Assembly: GCF_021869535.1 (NCBI RefSeq)
Contig: NW_026262668.1
Span: 118,544,001 to 118,608,000, forward strand
Source of the DNA: Mytilus californianus
Lineage: Eukaryota
Direction: 5' to 3'
DNA length: 64,000 nucleotides
Positions 1 through 13,300 of the stretch are shown in pieces. The notes beneath the pieces are model-generated. The model saw only the letters and a program-made list of their open reading frames with translations, made no database searches and had not been told where the DNA came from. A program made the position numbers and the translations under genes. Every line of letters starts with the position of its first letter. Position 1 is the stretch's first letter.

Positions 1-349
1 TCAAATACTACAGTGCTATTCATTGAGGATATATGTCTACGCAGTCTCTGATGTAATAATTTCACTTTCGTCCCCTGTTAAATTTTATAGTTGTATCAGG
101 TCATATCGCACATTACATTACCTTTCTTTTGAATGCATATCTATGCAGTCTCTGTTGTAAATACTTAACCTTCGTCAACTTTGAAATTTTAGAATTATAC
201 ACGCGTGGTTTGGTTTTTAATTTGTATAACATTAAGGATTGTTTTAGTAAGGTCAAAATAGATTGATATGATTAATTTTACATCATCATTATCATACTGA
301 TGAAGGATATCTGTTCTCCGAAATATTTATTGATACTTGTATTTAATGT

Positions 350-1102
350 TGCCAAAAGGCCAAGTGCAACTACTGGGCCAAATTTGCCTATTATTTTGAA
401 AACTGCTTTATATAGAGAAATTCTGACAAGAACAAAAAAGTTCAGAATGCTAAGCTCTACCTATTGTCTATTTTATCCAACCTGTCAGACGACTTCTTAT
501 ATCTTATAGGAGTAATTGCTCTTAAATGACAAATTTTACCATTTTTACATTTTTTCCTATTACCACAAAAATTATAACAGATAGACAGAAACTTAAAAAA
601 GCAAAATAATCAGCAAGACAAGATCTACAAATAAGTCAACAAGTCCGAAATCGTCAGACAACTCCTTATTGGAGTTATTGCCCTTTAATGACGATTTTTA
701 CCATTATTGTCTTTTATTATCATTTATTATCTTGAAAAATGTAATAGATAGCTAGAAACTTTAAATAGCACAAATGATCAGCAATACAAGATCTACAAAT
801 GAGCCATAATGGCCGAAATCTTCAGTCAACTTGTTTTTGGAGTTACGACCCTTTAATGATATTGTTTTACATTTTTTGCATTTTTTGCCTTTGATCTTAA
901 AAACTATAATAGATAAATAGAAACTTTAAAAAAGAAAACAAAAATATATCAGCAGGATAAGATCTACAAATATGTAAACATTACTGAAATTGTCAGTTAA
1001 CTCTTAATAGAGTTGGTCGCTATAATGCAGATTCTTACTTTTAAGTGGCCATTGTTGAAGATGCAGGTGAGCGACACAGGCTCTATAGAGCCGCCTCTAG
1101 TT
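350..1102 (+). mobile_element. Non-autonomous Helentron/HINE-like element with internal ~170-bp degenerate repeats
   Basis: 3' end aggtgagcg, hairpin ggctct-at-agagcc and ctagt; repeat anchors g(t)agtt..gccc near 507, 671, 840 and 1010; 5' end internally deleted. Confidence 0.7.
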
Positions 1103-1194
1103 TAATGTTGGTGCTGTTTTGTACACTTTTTAGGCGACTAGGTGTATATATTATTTTCTATTGTGTACAGTATTGTATCTCTAAAAACGCTTTC

Positions 1195-1460
1195 GGGGCC
1201 TCGGTGGCCGAGTGGTCTAAGTAGTTACTACTGCAATCACTAGCCAGTCAACACTGAGGTTGTGAGTTCGAACCCCGCTCGTGCGGGTGCACTCGACTCC
1301 ACTCTTAATTGACTAGGATTGTCAGTTTTCCTATCAAAGGTCGGTGGTTTTCTCCGGGCACTCCAGCTTCCTCCACCAATAAGAACTGGCCGCCACGAAA
1401 TAGCCTAAATGTGACGCTTAAAAGTGGCGTTAAAACACCAACAATCAATCAATCAATCAA
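1195..1460 (+). mobile_element. tRNA-derived SINE with V/Meta-like core and (TCAA)n tail
   Basis: A box TGGCCGAGTGG, B box GTTCGAACC, core ggtcggtggttttctccgggcactccagcttcctcc, 11-bp TSD aaaaacgcttt at 1183-1193 and 1459-1469. Confidence 0.9.
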
Positions 1461-1999
1461 AAACGCTTTTTTTAATAACAGGACTAATTGTTTACTAAAA
1501 CATTTTCATTATTAATTTTGTAAATATTTTTCAGTATTTTTTAGGTTTGTAGTTCCTCCAATTACCAACGTGTTTGGTGTTGATTATAGGAATTTGTAAG
1601 TAACATCTGATTCCTTATTTATTCAACTATTGCACTTAAATATAAGGAACAAGTACTAATATCAGGCAGCAGAGTCTCATTAAACCTTTGCACGTTTTTC
1701 TTTTTTTTTCTTCACTTATTTGACTGCCAAACTTTAGTACATATAGTTAAAAGGCGAATATCTAAAAATTAAGACAAAATGAAGCACAGATGAAAAAGAA
1801 ATATTATATAAAGAAAACATATTGTCATATAAAAATATAGCTGTTTGTGACGAAGAATATAGAAAAATATAACAAAGAAATAACATTTCAATTGAAAATG
1901 AATGAGCACATGACAAATTATGAGACTTCTGCCCTCAGTTGTAATGACTGTCTTCAGTTGTAATGACTGTTTTATAAAGAACTCATAAAACTTTTACAT

Positions 2000-2760
2000 G
2001 TTCTATAGTAGAAGGTTGGGATTTCTAAACTCTTGGTTATTTAGTGGGAGACATAAAATTATCGGTAGGTAAACATTATCCAATAAACTTTCTCTCAGAT
2101 TTTCGTTGATTTTACATTCGAGGAGGAAGTGTTCTTTATCCTCAAGTAAGTTGCACAGTTAATGTAGTCAATCTTTTCAAGGAATGTTATAATAGCGGCC
2201 ATTCTCTATTTCAAGAGTATGATAACTAATTCTTAGTTTTGTAAAGTATTTTGTTATAAAGCAGTCATGAAAAGCCTAAAAAATTCTCTATCCAAGCTAA
2301 GTTTGATTTTTTATACAGTACATGTAACGTTACAGTTTACTATTTTTATCATAACTATTACTACTTTTTTCAAATATATTTTAAATGTTTCTATTATTGC
2401 ATTTTTAATTCATGGGCTTTAAAGACTTTTCTTCCTTCAAGTTTTTACAATTTGTAAATTCATCTGAAAAGTATGAGTTTGGCGGAATATTCTTAACATA
2501 TGTATACCAAGAATATGCGAGTAAAGCAGCTTTGACAATATGAATACTTTTTTAAGTTGAGGATTTATATTTTCAGTATTCAGTCTTGCTAAGTAAGATG
2601 CAGACTGTGAACAAAATTGAATGTTCCAAAGGCATTCCTCCTAGTTCCGCTTTGATGCTGTTTTTCCTGTCTACAGAGTTTTATAATACAGGAAATTTGG
2701 TCAAAATTTTTGTTTACCTCGATACAGGTGATATCTGAATTGTAAGTTAAAACTGGCGGT
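2000..2760 (-). pseudogene. RTEX/CR1-like LINE ORF2 C-terminal fragment
   Basis: Hand translation: IKAELGGMPL; FTKLRISYHTLEIENGRYYNIP*..EDKEHFLLEC. Confidence 0.6.
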
Positions 2761-2802
2761 ATCAATAATTATATGAGCATCAAAGTTAAGAAATGGAACT
2801 AC

Positions 2803-2925
2803 ACCATTAGGGACTGCTGACCCCTCCGGAGCACCTTTGTTCACCATCGGGTTTTGGTGGGTTCATGTTGCTCAATCTTGAGGTTTCTTTGTAGTGTTTT
2901 GTAGACTTGTTCATCTTTTCGTTTT
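2803..2925 (+). repeat. Isolated copy of the PLE-associated terminal motif; a further copy lies at 36452-36682
   Basis: ccc(t)tccggagcacct..gggttc(a/g)tgttgctca shared with 18320-18380 and 36495-36555. Confidence 0.65.
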
Positions 2926-3069
2926 TAATCAGTTTCCCCCTTGGCTTGTTTAGGTTTAATGTTTTTATTTTGCACCGATAAATAACTCTTTTTATGTCAC
3001 TTTCCTAGTCATTCCTGATATCATCCACATTTTGTGAGGTTCATGTTGCTCAATCCTTAGTTTAGTCAA

Positions 3070-3335
3070 GAACCTGATGTTCAGTGGTTGTCGTTTGTTG
3101 ATGTGGTTCATAAGTGTTTCTCGTTTCTCGTTTTTTATATAGATTAGACCTTTTGTTTTCCTGTTTAAATGGTTTTACACTACTAGTAGTCATTTTTGGG
3201 GCCCTTTAAAGCATGCTGTTTGGTGTGAGTCAAGACTCCGTGTTGAAGGCCGTATTTTGACCTATAATGGTTTACTTTTACAAATTGTGACTTGGATGGA
3301 GAGTTGTCTCATTTGCAATCATACCACATCTTCTT
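3070..3335 (+). repeat. Interspersed repeat; partial copies near 31120-31230, 45730-45790, 50040-50200, 55520-55640, 57040-57150 and 62830-62930
   Basis: Shared gttgaaggccgta..gacctata..gttgtctcattggcaatcataccacatct. Confidence 0.75.
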
Positions 3336-4890
3336 ATATCTATTCTATGTATTTTTTGGTAGGCTTGTTTGCCTGTTTGCCGTCTTTTGGTTTTGTTTTG
3401 CCATAGAGTTTGCAGTTTCTCTTTGCCATATGAGCTTTGAAAGTCATCTTGATATTTTCATTTATTTGTTTCAGCAAAAATGTTCTTTGTATTGTCTAAT
3501 CTGTTGTTACGTGTCATCAGCTATAAGTCGATCGACATTAAAGGGGGAAAATATTTGTTTTGCCTATTACGCCTCTCTTTGTGTCGCTGCATTCGTGCTC
3601 ATTAGCTTCTTCCTTTACTTCCTTGTTTATAATCACTGGTGGTTGCTTAGAATGTAATCTTTTGGAAAAGAAATTTAAAAATAACTTCTGTCGTGTCATT
3701 TACATTTCGCATGCAGTAAAATGTTGACACTAGTGTGTCATTATGGGATTTGATTTGTTTTATTAGGTAACACTACATAAACCGTATTGTACCTCCATAC
3801 AATGGTTTAACAAGGTTATCAATTTCCATTCATATAGTAGTATTTTGGTCTTATAATGTGTATATTACATTCCTTAAATGCTGTTATGTATTGGAAAATA
3901 TAAATTAATACAAACAAATTTTCATTCCAGGAAATTCTAGATTTGGATATAAGGAAACACTTGAAGCATATTTCATCACAAGAAAATGGACATATACGTG
4001 TCAAGAAATAAGTAAAACAATGATTGAAATATATGACAGCATTTGTTTTCAAGGAATTATTGATCTAGAACAAGCATATATATATATTTGTTATATCAGC
4101 ACTTTAATTCCATTATGGGTTGATTTCTCTAGATGCATACGATTAACACCAAATCGTAGTGACTTCTAACACAACTTAAAGTGATGATTTGCTTTATTTT
4201 TGACTTATGTGACTTGTCATTTTAAGAAATGTAAGAATAAATTGAGTTATTGTTCCTTCCTAGCAATCATATTCATACACAGATACTCTATATGCCGTAG
4301 ATACATATATTCTGGTGACCAAACACCGACTTATTTAGCTTTTAAACTAAGTGGTACATGTAGACCTCGGACATTTTCAAAGTTCTTTTCATTTCCTCAT
4401 AACGACATCATTTGTCTTACAATTTATTTATTATCTAATTCTAGCTCCTTGTCCAAAATCATAAACATGATTGCTATTTACCTTTCTTGTTGACTTGATT
4501 TGCCTTTCACACCGATTATTGAGATTTGAACATCGGTAAAATAATGTTGATTTATAACGATGGTACAAAAAAATTGCCTTTTCCCGAGAGAGGAACCATA
4601 TTTAAATAGGATTGTTTTTAATTTTCAGTACAATCTCCATTCTACGAAGACATGAATTTAAAATGCACCCGTCCATTCTGGTTATCGTGTTGTTTAAGAG
4701 AAATTAAAAACATTCAGACAAATTTACATATAAAAAATTACAAACATTCAGATAAAAAAAAGAATCTAGCCCTTATTATAATCTTTACAATGAATCCAGG
4801 GAGTAATCAGGTTTTTGTGTTACCTGGATTTGTCTCTTTGAAATCGAGTTACGAGATTTGACCATCAATAAAAATCAATCAATTTTGAAG

Positions 4891-5045
4891 ACAATAACAT
4901 TAACGGTACAAATTTTCTACACCAGATGCGCATTTCGACAATAAATGTCTCTTCAGTGATGCCTGACGCCAAAATATCTGAAAATCCAAAGCTTATTAAA
5001 AAGACGATGAGCTGAAAACAAAAAACGACAAAAAAGTATAGTCAG
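4891..5045 (-). mobile_element. Truncated retrozyme-like repeat carrying the 4919-4962 hammerhead
   Basis: Homologous to 55834-55985. Confidence 0.75.
4919..4962 (-). ncRNA. Minimal type I hammerhead ribozyme with intact core
   Basis: - strand: GCAUCA CUGAAGA GAC auuuauu GUC GAAA UGCGCA UC^UGGUGU. Confidence 0.86.
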
Positions 5046-6959
5046 AGCAACGATAACCAGAATTGATGGGTGTATTTTAAATTGATATTGGGAAAGTATA
5101 AAATTCAAGGGAAAAAAAAAACGGAGGGTAAGTCTAAAAGAGGCGTGGTCGAGTGCGTCGACAGGGTGAGCTTTTCTGCTAAATATGCATCACCCGACAT
5201 AAGAGTCCACACTCCGTCAAAGTTACACTATCAGGGGAAAAAAGTACCAACCGAAATTTAAAAATACCGGTAATGGCTCTAATAAACTTTAAAACATCTT
5301 CCTTTGACTTTTGTAAAAGAGATTGAAGCTTTCAATTAATACATGCAAATACAGCTTTTTTAATAGCAGAAATTACTGCATAAACTTATTATCAAAATCT
5401 TTTTTTTACATGCATAAAATTGAGAATGGATGCATATTGATTTAGAAACCTGGTTTATTATTTGTGGACGTAAAATTGCTTTGAAAATTATAGAAAAAAA
5501 CCCCGCAAAAGTGACAATTTATCTTTAAAAGGGTTTATAAAATCTTGATATTGGGAAAGTATCCTACCGTAGTCTATAATCGGTCATAACGTTGGTTCGT
5601 TCGGATTTTGTTATTGTACTTATCATACGGGAAAACTCCGCATTGACGTCACTACGCTAATACCAGCGTATAAAATTAATGCAGAATACATTTTTTCTAC
5701 ACTTCTAAATAAAATGATATTTCTAAAGATATGTTTTCATTATTATTTTTAAGTATTGTACAAAAATGCAGATTTTCTAATGGCCATTTCAAACCTGACT
5801 TCCGAATGCCTAAAAACATTTCAGAACTTAAGAAAACCCCTCTTCCGGCCTCCATTGCTTTGTTTACATTTCATTGAGCGTCATCAATCTTAATGGCAGA
5901 CCAAACAGGCCAAGCAAATCGTATTTTTAAGAATTTCAAAATGGCATGCACCTTACGTCTTGCGCGATTTTCCCGCGAAAAAAACCCCATCCAAATTGAA
6001 AGAAATACTTTGGGAAACAAACGATAATCATGCCATATTTTTGTTCAGGAATAAAGAGTATATTAAAATACATATATTTTTCATAAAAAAAAATTTGGTT
6101 CAATATAAAGAGATCGATATTCTGACCATAAGTAAATATTCATATAAAATTCCATTGGTGTCAAATGTCATGGCTAATAATGAGGTTTCCTATTGAATAA
6201 ACCCCCAATTTATTGCAAACTATTTCAAAGCAATATCATACAAACAAATAATATAATTGCCTTGTATTAAAAAATCACCTAATTGACAGTAGAGCTATTT
6301 GATTGGTTATAACGATTCAATGTGTCACGTGGTTTTGAAGCCTTTGGAATTTGAATGTAAACAAACCGGGTCAGCTGCTCTAGTATGGAACAACATCGTA
6401 CATTCGGTGACTGAGAAACAATTATGAGTAACCAAGCTTGACAATACACAGTAATAAAAAACAAAACTAAGTTTACAGAAAAATAAAATAAAAAATGGCC
6501 TTAAGTGCACGACTTACCACCATTGCGGGATATAAAATATATATCGCAAACTTGAATTGCCTCTAAACAGACACTTTGTATACACCAGATATTGATAGTC
6601 GTTACGGATACAGATAGATGATTTCGGTATAAGGGTGAAAATGTGCCATCATTTATGGGCTCAATTGGATCTATATTTGCATGCTAACAAACAACGAATG
6701 TGTATTTAAAACAAACTGAACATAATTTTCTCATTATCACTGTGTGTGAGCAGTAACCCTCTATTGATAGCAAAGTTTTAGCTGGGAAATATATACTTCA
6801 TATGCAGGAGATCTGGTCTCACATTTGGAAAACTGAGATTATCTCTTTTGTCGTAAACCCTCTTTTTAAATTTCTAGAGGTTAGTCAAGATCTGAGGCAA
6901 ACATTACTATAACTGGGGTATCCTTTATTATTGTGTATCCTGTTATACATTTGCGTTCA

Positions 6960-7340
6960 ACACATTCACCATACTTTGAACTATTCAGTGACGAGACATC
7001 ATGTACAAAGTGGAACCTGAAGATAAAATATTGAAGCTTCATTTCCTTTTTCTCTGGATTCTCTTATAGGACGTTTGCCTGCCTCATAGGAACTACGAAA
7101 CAAGTCGACTGAAAGGGACGTAGTTGGTTCCCATGAGAATGACAATTGTTTGTTGAAAACACGTCTTCCAAACGTAATGCATATGCTGTCAATAAGATAA
7201 TCAAGCATTTTGATGTTGTCAGTTACAGTTAACTTCTTTTTCGACACCGGGGCATAACAAACGTATGATTTATCTCTTCTACAAACAAAATAATTTTATC
7301 TGCGGTGAACATTCTGTTTTATGAAGCAAAGTTGGACTAT
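6960..7340 (-). pseudogene. Penelope-like element RT fragment
   Basis: IKMLDYLIDSICITFGRRVF..DLFRSSYE aligns with the IDNIxVxFGxxVxQQ..DLFLYxYE region seen at 25909..26247. Confidence 0.65.
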
Positions 7341-8249
7341 ATTTTTCAATTTGTCTTCACGTTTAAAATGAGAAATGCTAGCGAAAATAGTAGAAAAGTT
7401 TTTATACTATTGCATGACGAGAAGGACTTTGAATTTAAGCACTCTAACAAATTTATTAATATTTGAGTATCCACATCTGATTCACACCAGCCCTATAGTG
7501 GGTAGTTTCAAAGTTATTTTGAAGCTTAGTTTTGATTGCTGATAAATTGAATGTTAATAATTTCGAAAGCGGTTTCATAAAGCATTTGGCAGACCCAGCA
7601 ACATAACGTTGTTTGAAAGGAAACTTACAGATTTTGGTATCGCGGTTTTTCGGCCCTTTAGCTCACACCTACAGAGTGTAAAGGGTCTATAATCAACTAC
7701 TCGTATAAAATCCAAAAGATCGCCTTGTTTTATCAGAGGTTGGGAAATCTTAGGAAAATGGCAAATTAAGATCAGAAAAGCCTCAACTTATACTTGTCAT
7801 GTATTTTGCTTGATGGAGATGAAGAAAAACCTGTTATTGTCTGCAAAAATGGATGAGAGGTGTCAAAGAAAAAGACGTATTGGTGGCATCATCGTCAGTA
7901 TGTTTGACACTCAATCAAAAAACTGAAATTTGAAATCTTTGATAGTCACTTTTCCTGGGAATAGGCCCTCAAGTCTCCCCAAAGAAGCAATGTCAATAAA
8001 TAATTCAAAATGAAAACAATCTCTAGTGGTCATGATTGTCATCTAATTCTAAATTAATTGGAACGTTTCATCCTCCCTACACTTTGTATTAAGGATTTTG
8101 TTTAATTAATGACTGGACCTTTCGTTGTTGTGATATATATATATCACTGAAAACCAATATATACTGTCCTGAGCTAAGCATTGCCAGCTTGACAGTGTTC
8201 CGACGTTTTGCAACCTCATACTGTCTGTTTTTCTTTAATTGTGTTTAGC

Positions 8250-9067
8250 AAGGAAATAAGGTTGTTCCTTTTGGAGTTCATGCGATTCATTAAGTTTTTT
8301 TGCAGACAATATGTTGCACAGATAAGAAATAGAAGAATACTTGATTATAACAACTGTTTTATATTCATATAAAGGAAGTATTAAAATAGCTTATACATGT
8401 AACAATTCAGTTTTATGTTTGGAGAAAAGCTACAATATATCTTTTTCGATATCATATCTGAGTAATTGAAGTCACTTTAAGATCCTTGATCCACTTTTGT
8501 AAAATAACGTATTTAAACAAAGGTAACAGTAGTATACCGCTGTTCAAAAGTCATAAATCGATTGAGAGAAAACAAATCCGGGTTACAAACTAAAACCGAG
8601 GGAAACACATCAACTATAAGAGGAAAACAACGAAATAACAGAACACAGAAGTGCAACAAAAACAAACAACAATGCAACATTCATAGAAACGAACTATTAA
8701 ATAACAACTAAGAAGTGAAATAACAAAAATACCGAACTCAAAGGGAAATTCAAAACGGAAAATCCTTTATACAATGGCAAAATCAAAAGCTCACCCACAT
8801 CAAAGGAATGGAAAACAATTGTCATATTCCTGACTTGGAACAGTATTTCCTTATGTAGAAATTGGTGGATTAAACCTGGTTTTATAGCTAGCTAAACCTC
8901 TCACTTGTATGACAGTCGCATATAATACCATTATATTGACAATAATGTGTGAGCAAAACAACAGAATTCACCTATTATATTTTGAGGGGTATTCTGTTTT
9001 TTTTTTATAAAACAAACCTCTTTACTTGCAAAATATATACTTTGATAAAAAGTATAAATATACACAC
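8250..9067 (+). repeat. Left copy of long direct duplication flanking the LINE
   Basis: Collinear with 14375-15140 from aaggaa(a/g)taaggttgttcc to tatacacac; carries a private insert at about 8513-8710. Confidence 0.9.
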
Positions 9068-9273
9068 TTTTGGCAAATTTAAGCTGGTTTTTATAGGAAT
9101 TAATTTATGGAAATTATATTATGATGTTTGGAAATTGATGAACTTTACAGAAATATGATTTTCTTCACATTTTGTTGAAAGAAGGATTTACTATAGTGGA
9201 AATATATATTTTGGATTAGAAAAGATTTTGTGATTTATGGATTTTTCTGAGTAGTGTTGTCTATATTACAACT

Positions 9274-10100
9274 ATGCCTGGGGACAATAGAGGTGTAAAA
9301 ACTATACAAACAATGTTAGAAGCTAGAAAGCCTGAGAGCAATGATTCTTCTAAAGACTCTGCAAAGGAAAAACCATCAAAGCAGAACAAGCGATCTCATT
9401 CAGATGTGGCAAATGAGAGTGTAGAAGGGATTGATTTGACTGGTATTCAAAATAATTTAAGTGAAATAAAACAATCTCATCAGGGTACAGTTACAGAGAC
9501 TGACCATAATTTGGTACAACAAAAGGACTTAGAAAGTTTAGTTAGTGACATTGTCCAGAAATTATTAGATCATTTTGAAGAGAAGATCACCAGTAAGTTT
9601 GAGACTAAAGTAAGGGAGGCAACTGGAAAACTACATGATAAGTTATATACATTGATCATAGAGAATGAGGATCTAAGGGAAAGAATCAGGGCGAAAGATA
9701 AAGTAATTGATAACCTATTGGAAAAGGTTGGTGACAATAATAAAAAATCTATTGATGCATTGAAGTTAACCAATTATAATGAGCAATACAGTCGACAACA
9801 TAATATAAGAATGCTAAACCTTTCTGAAAAAAGCCTTTGGTGAACTAGTAAATAGTGACCTAAATGTAGATATTGAACCCAGTGATGTGCTAGCCATCCA
9901 CAGAATACCTGGAAAAGAAGGTTATCAGAAGCCTTTTATTGTGAAGGTTAGGAACACTGACACTAAAATACAGATAATGCAACAAAAAAAATCCTTGAAA
10001 AATGAAGTTAAATTTCACGATGATATAACACAACGCAATATTCGACTTATGGCAAGACTTAAGAACACTGAAAAGTTATCATTTGAGTCAGTTACATCAG
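9274..10100 (+). pseudogene. LINE ORF1 (coiled coil plus NEQYSRxxNIR RRM-type region), frameshifted near 9830
   Basis: ORFs 9274..9843 and 9887..10144; LAIHRIPGK..KPFIVK and FHDDIT segments typical of LINE ORF1p. Confidence 0.8.
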
Positions 10101-10316
10101 TTAATTTAATTTTTCGGATAATGTACAGCTTTTTATTAATTTAAATACATGTTTGTTGTAGATAGATATAAATGTAAAAGATAATTGCTGTAATTCACGA
10201 CTGATATAAAACACTTTTTACTTCAGCAATTTTCTTTTACATTTATATCTATCTATAACAAACTGGTATTTAAATTAATAAAAAGCTGTACATTATCCAA
10301 AAAATTAAATTAGCTG

Positions 10317-13300
10317 ATGGATAATAATGTAAAGATATTATCAATGAATGTAAGGGGTCTTTTCTCAAATTCCAAAACGAGGGCAGATGTATTTGATTGG
10401 GCTAGGAGTAAAAATACTTCAATAGTGTGTTTCCAGGAAACTTATAGTAATAAAGACATTGAAAAAAAAACTGGGAGGATGAATGGGGAAATACATGTTT
10501 TTTCAGTCTTAAAGATAGTAAAAGTGCAGGTGTCTCTGTTATGTTTAAAAAAGGTCTGGATTTTGTGGTGCATAATTCTGTTATTGATGATGATGGTCGT
10601 TTCATTGTTTTAGATATAACAATTTTTTCACAAAGATTGAGCTTTGACTGTTTGTATGGTCATATTACAGATGAACCATCATTTTTTGATACAATAATGC
10701 AGAACATTTTATACTTTAAAAACAAAAGTGTTTTATTATGTGGTGACTGGAATGTTGTATTAGATGAATTTATGGATACCTATAATATCAAACATAATAG
10801 AAACCCTAAAAAAATTGATGAAATCATTGATGTTTTTGAACTACTTGATTCTTGGCGTACATGCTGTCCAGAAGATAGGAAATATACATGGCGTCAGCCC
10901 TCACCCATAAAGCAAAGTCGTCTTGATTATTTTTTAATTTCAGAAGACCTTTTTTCACTTATGAAAAATACTAAATTTATTCCAGATTATAGAACTGACC
11001 ACTCGGCAATTATTTTCACCTTCTCAGCTACTTTAGAGAAAGAGGGCAAACGTTACTGGAAATTTAACTCTCAGTTACTTAGAGATCCAGATTATACACA
11101 AAGGGTTAAACCATGCATTAAGGATACTACTTTGGAATATCATCTGTCAGGTGATATGGAAGATCTTCTTTCTGTGGAGTTGTCATTTAATGATCAAACA
11201 TTTTTTGAAATATTGAAAATAAAGATTAGATCTTTGTCCATAAATTACAGCATAAATAAATTCAAGGTAAAAAAACTTCACCCTCAAACTTGAAAATGAT
11301 ATTTTATATTTAGAAAGTATTATGAACCATTCCGCAAATGATGAGGTTCAAAAATCTTTACTTGAAAAAAAAACTTGAACTAGAAAATTGTCGACAAAAG
11401 CAGGTTGATGATTTACTGCTTAGATCCCGTTCTAACTGGCATTAGAATCGTGAAAAGTGTTAAAATTATTTTTGTAAATTTGAAAAGAAAAATTTTATAA
11501 AGAAAACAATAACAGAATTAACAGATGATAAAGGTCAACATATATCAGAGCAATCAAAAATTCTAACGGAACAAAAAAATATTTATATAACTCAAGCAGA
11601 AAATTAGATTGGGATGATTCATCATTTTTTAATCATAACATTAAGCTCACAGAAGATCAAAGAGATTTTTGTGATAGAAATTCAACTTTTAAAGAATGTG
11701 CTGATTCGTTAAAATTTATCACAAATGGTAAAAGTCCAGGTTCTGATGAGTACACAGTAGACTTTTATAAATTATTTTGGAAAGATATTGGTCCTTTCGT
11801 CTTTCGGTCTCTTCATTTTGGATACAAGGTTAGAAAATTTTCTGATTTTCAGTATCAAAGTGTAATAACTTGCATTTCTGAAGAGGGGAAAGACAGGCAG
11901 TATATGAAGTTTCAAACCATTTACATTCTGAAGGCCCAAAATTAAAGCTTTTTAAAGAATTTTTAAAAAATAACCACTCTAAGGAATCAAAAGCCTTTTC
12001 AAAATCAACAAGTAATAGGACCTGTTTTATAATTTCCCTCAAGATAGTGAACAAATCATATAAAAGGCGTGTGTTCTCACCCATAAATCTATCTTTGATG
12101 AAACCTTTTTGTGTATTGCTTATGATAAATGGTAAAACTGGTTTAAGTCTATTAGCCATAACAGCAGAATCTATTTTCATATCAGTATTCAAAAGACTAA
12201 TAGGACGCCAGTTACTTATACTCAGGGGCATCAAGTTGTGTTATAAATAATGGACACACGTCTAAGTTTTTTTCATTTGGAAAGAGGCTACAGACAAGGA
12301 GATACTCTTTCTCCCTATTTATTTATAATTGGTGTTAAATTACTATCTTTGAAATTAAAAGGGAATCCTGATATAAGGGGAATTACTGTCAATGATAATG
12401 AATCACTTTTAAGCATGTATGCAGATGACACATTCGTTATGTTAAATGGAAGGGAAATATCATTGAGGGAAACACTATCATATTTTGAATCTTTTTATAG
12501 AATTTTAGGTTTAAGAATAAATGCTTCAAAGACAAAAGCACTATGGGTCGGAAACAAAAAGTATTCAGATCTGATTCTTTGTCCTGACTTAAAACTTCAT
12601 TGGTCACATTCAAATTTTAAACTTTAGGGGATTGAATTTTCCTTGGATTTGAAATGTATCACAGAAATTAATTTTGCCAAGACGATTAAAGAGGTCTCTG
12701 CAAGCCTGAAGAGCTGGCAACATCGTAAACTCACGTTATTGGGAAAAATTACAGTAATTAATTAACTTTCTCTTTCGAAATTAGTACACTTAATGACTGC
12801 ATTGCCAAACCTATCACAATCCAGGTTAACAGAGCTCACTTCACTGTTTTATGATTTTATATGGAGTGGAAAACCAGATAGAATTATGCGAAACACACGT
12901 ATTGGTGATATATCACAAGGTAGACTTAATATGGTACATCTTCATTCCTTTAATATCTATTTGAAAATTAGTTGGATAAAAAGACTGCTGTCAAACACTA
13001 GCGGTGGCTGGCACCAGTTGTTACTGACAGACCTTATACAGTATAGAGGTGAAAGGGTTTTACATCTTCAGAAAGAAAAGCTGATTGAGATTTCTAAAAG
13101 ATGTAAAAATTCTTTCTGAAAGGATGTTTTACTTTGCTTTTCTATTGCAAAACCTAATACTGAGAATTCTGTCAGTAACATTTTATCCTTAGATATTTTG
13201 AACGTTTCTTCTTTGGATGATTTCCCATATTATATTCAATGGAAACAAGGAGGTGTGCAGTCATTAATAATCAAGAAAATATGATTTTTTTTATAAATTT

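Noticed and set aside
297-335. CTGATGA...GAAA hammerhead-like string
   Set aside because: The stem II closing pair is mismatched and no stem I or III can be formed. The CTGATGA hits at 11747, 19584 and 30323 are coding sequence without GAAA geometry.
1195-1281. tRNA gene
   Set aside because: A and B boxes are present but there is no proper acceptor or anticodon pairing. It continues into a SINE core, a microsatellite tail and a TSD.
7500-8070. Purine-rich, coding-like stretch, possible transposase relic
   Set aside because: Frequent stops in all frames and no motif I can name.
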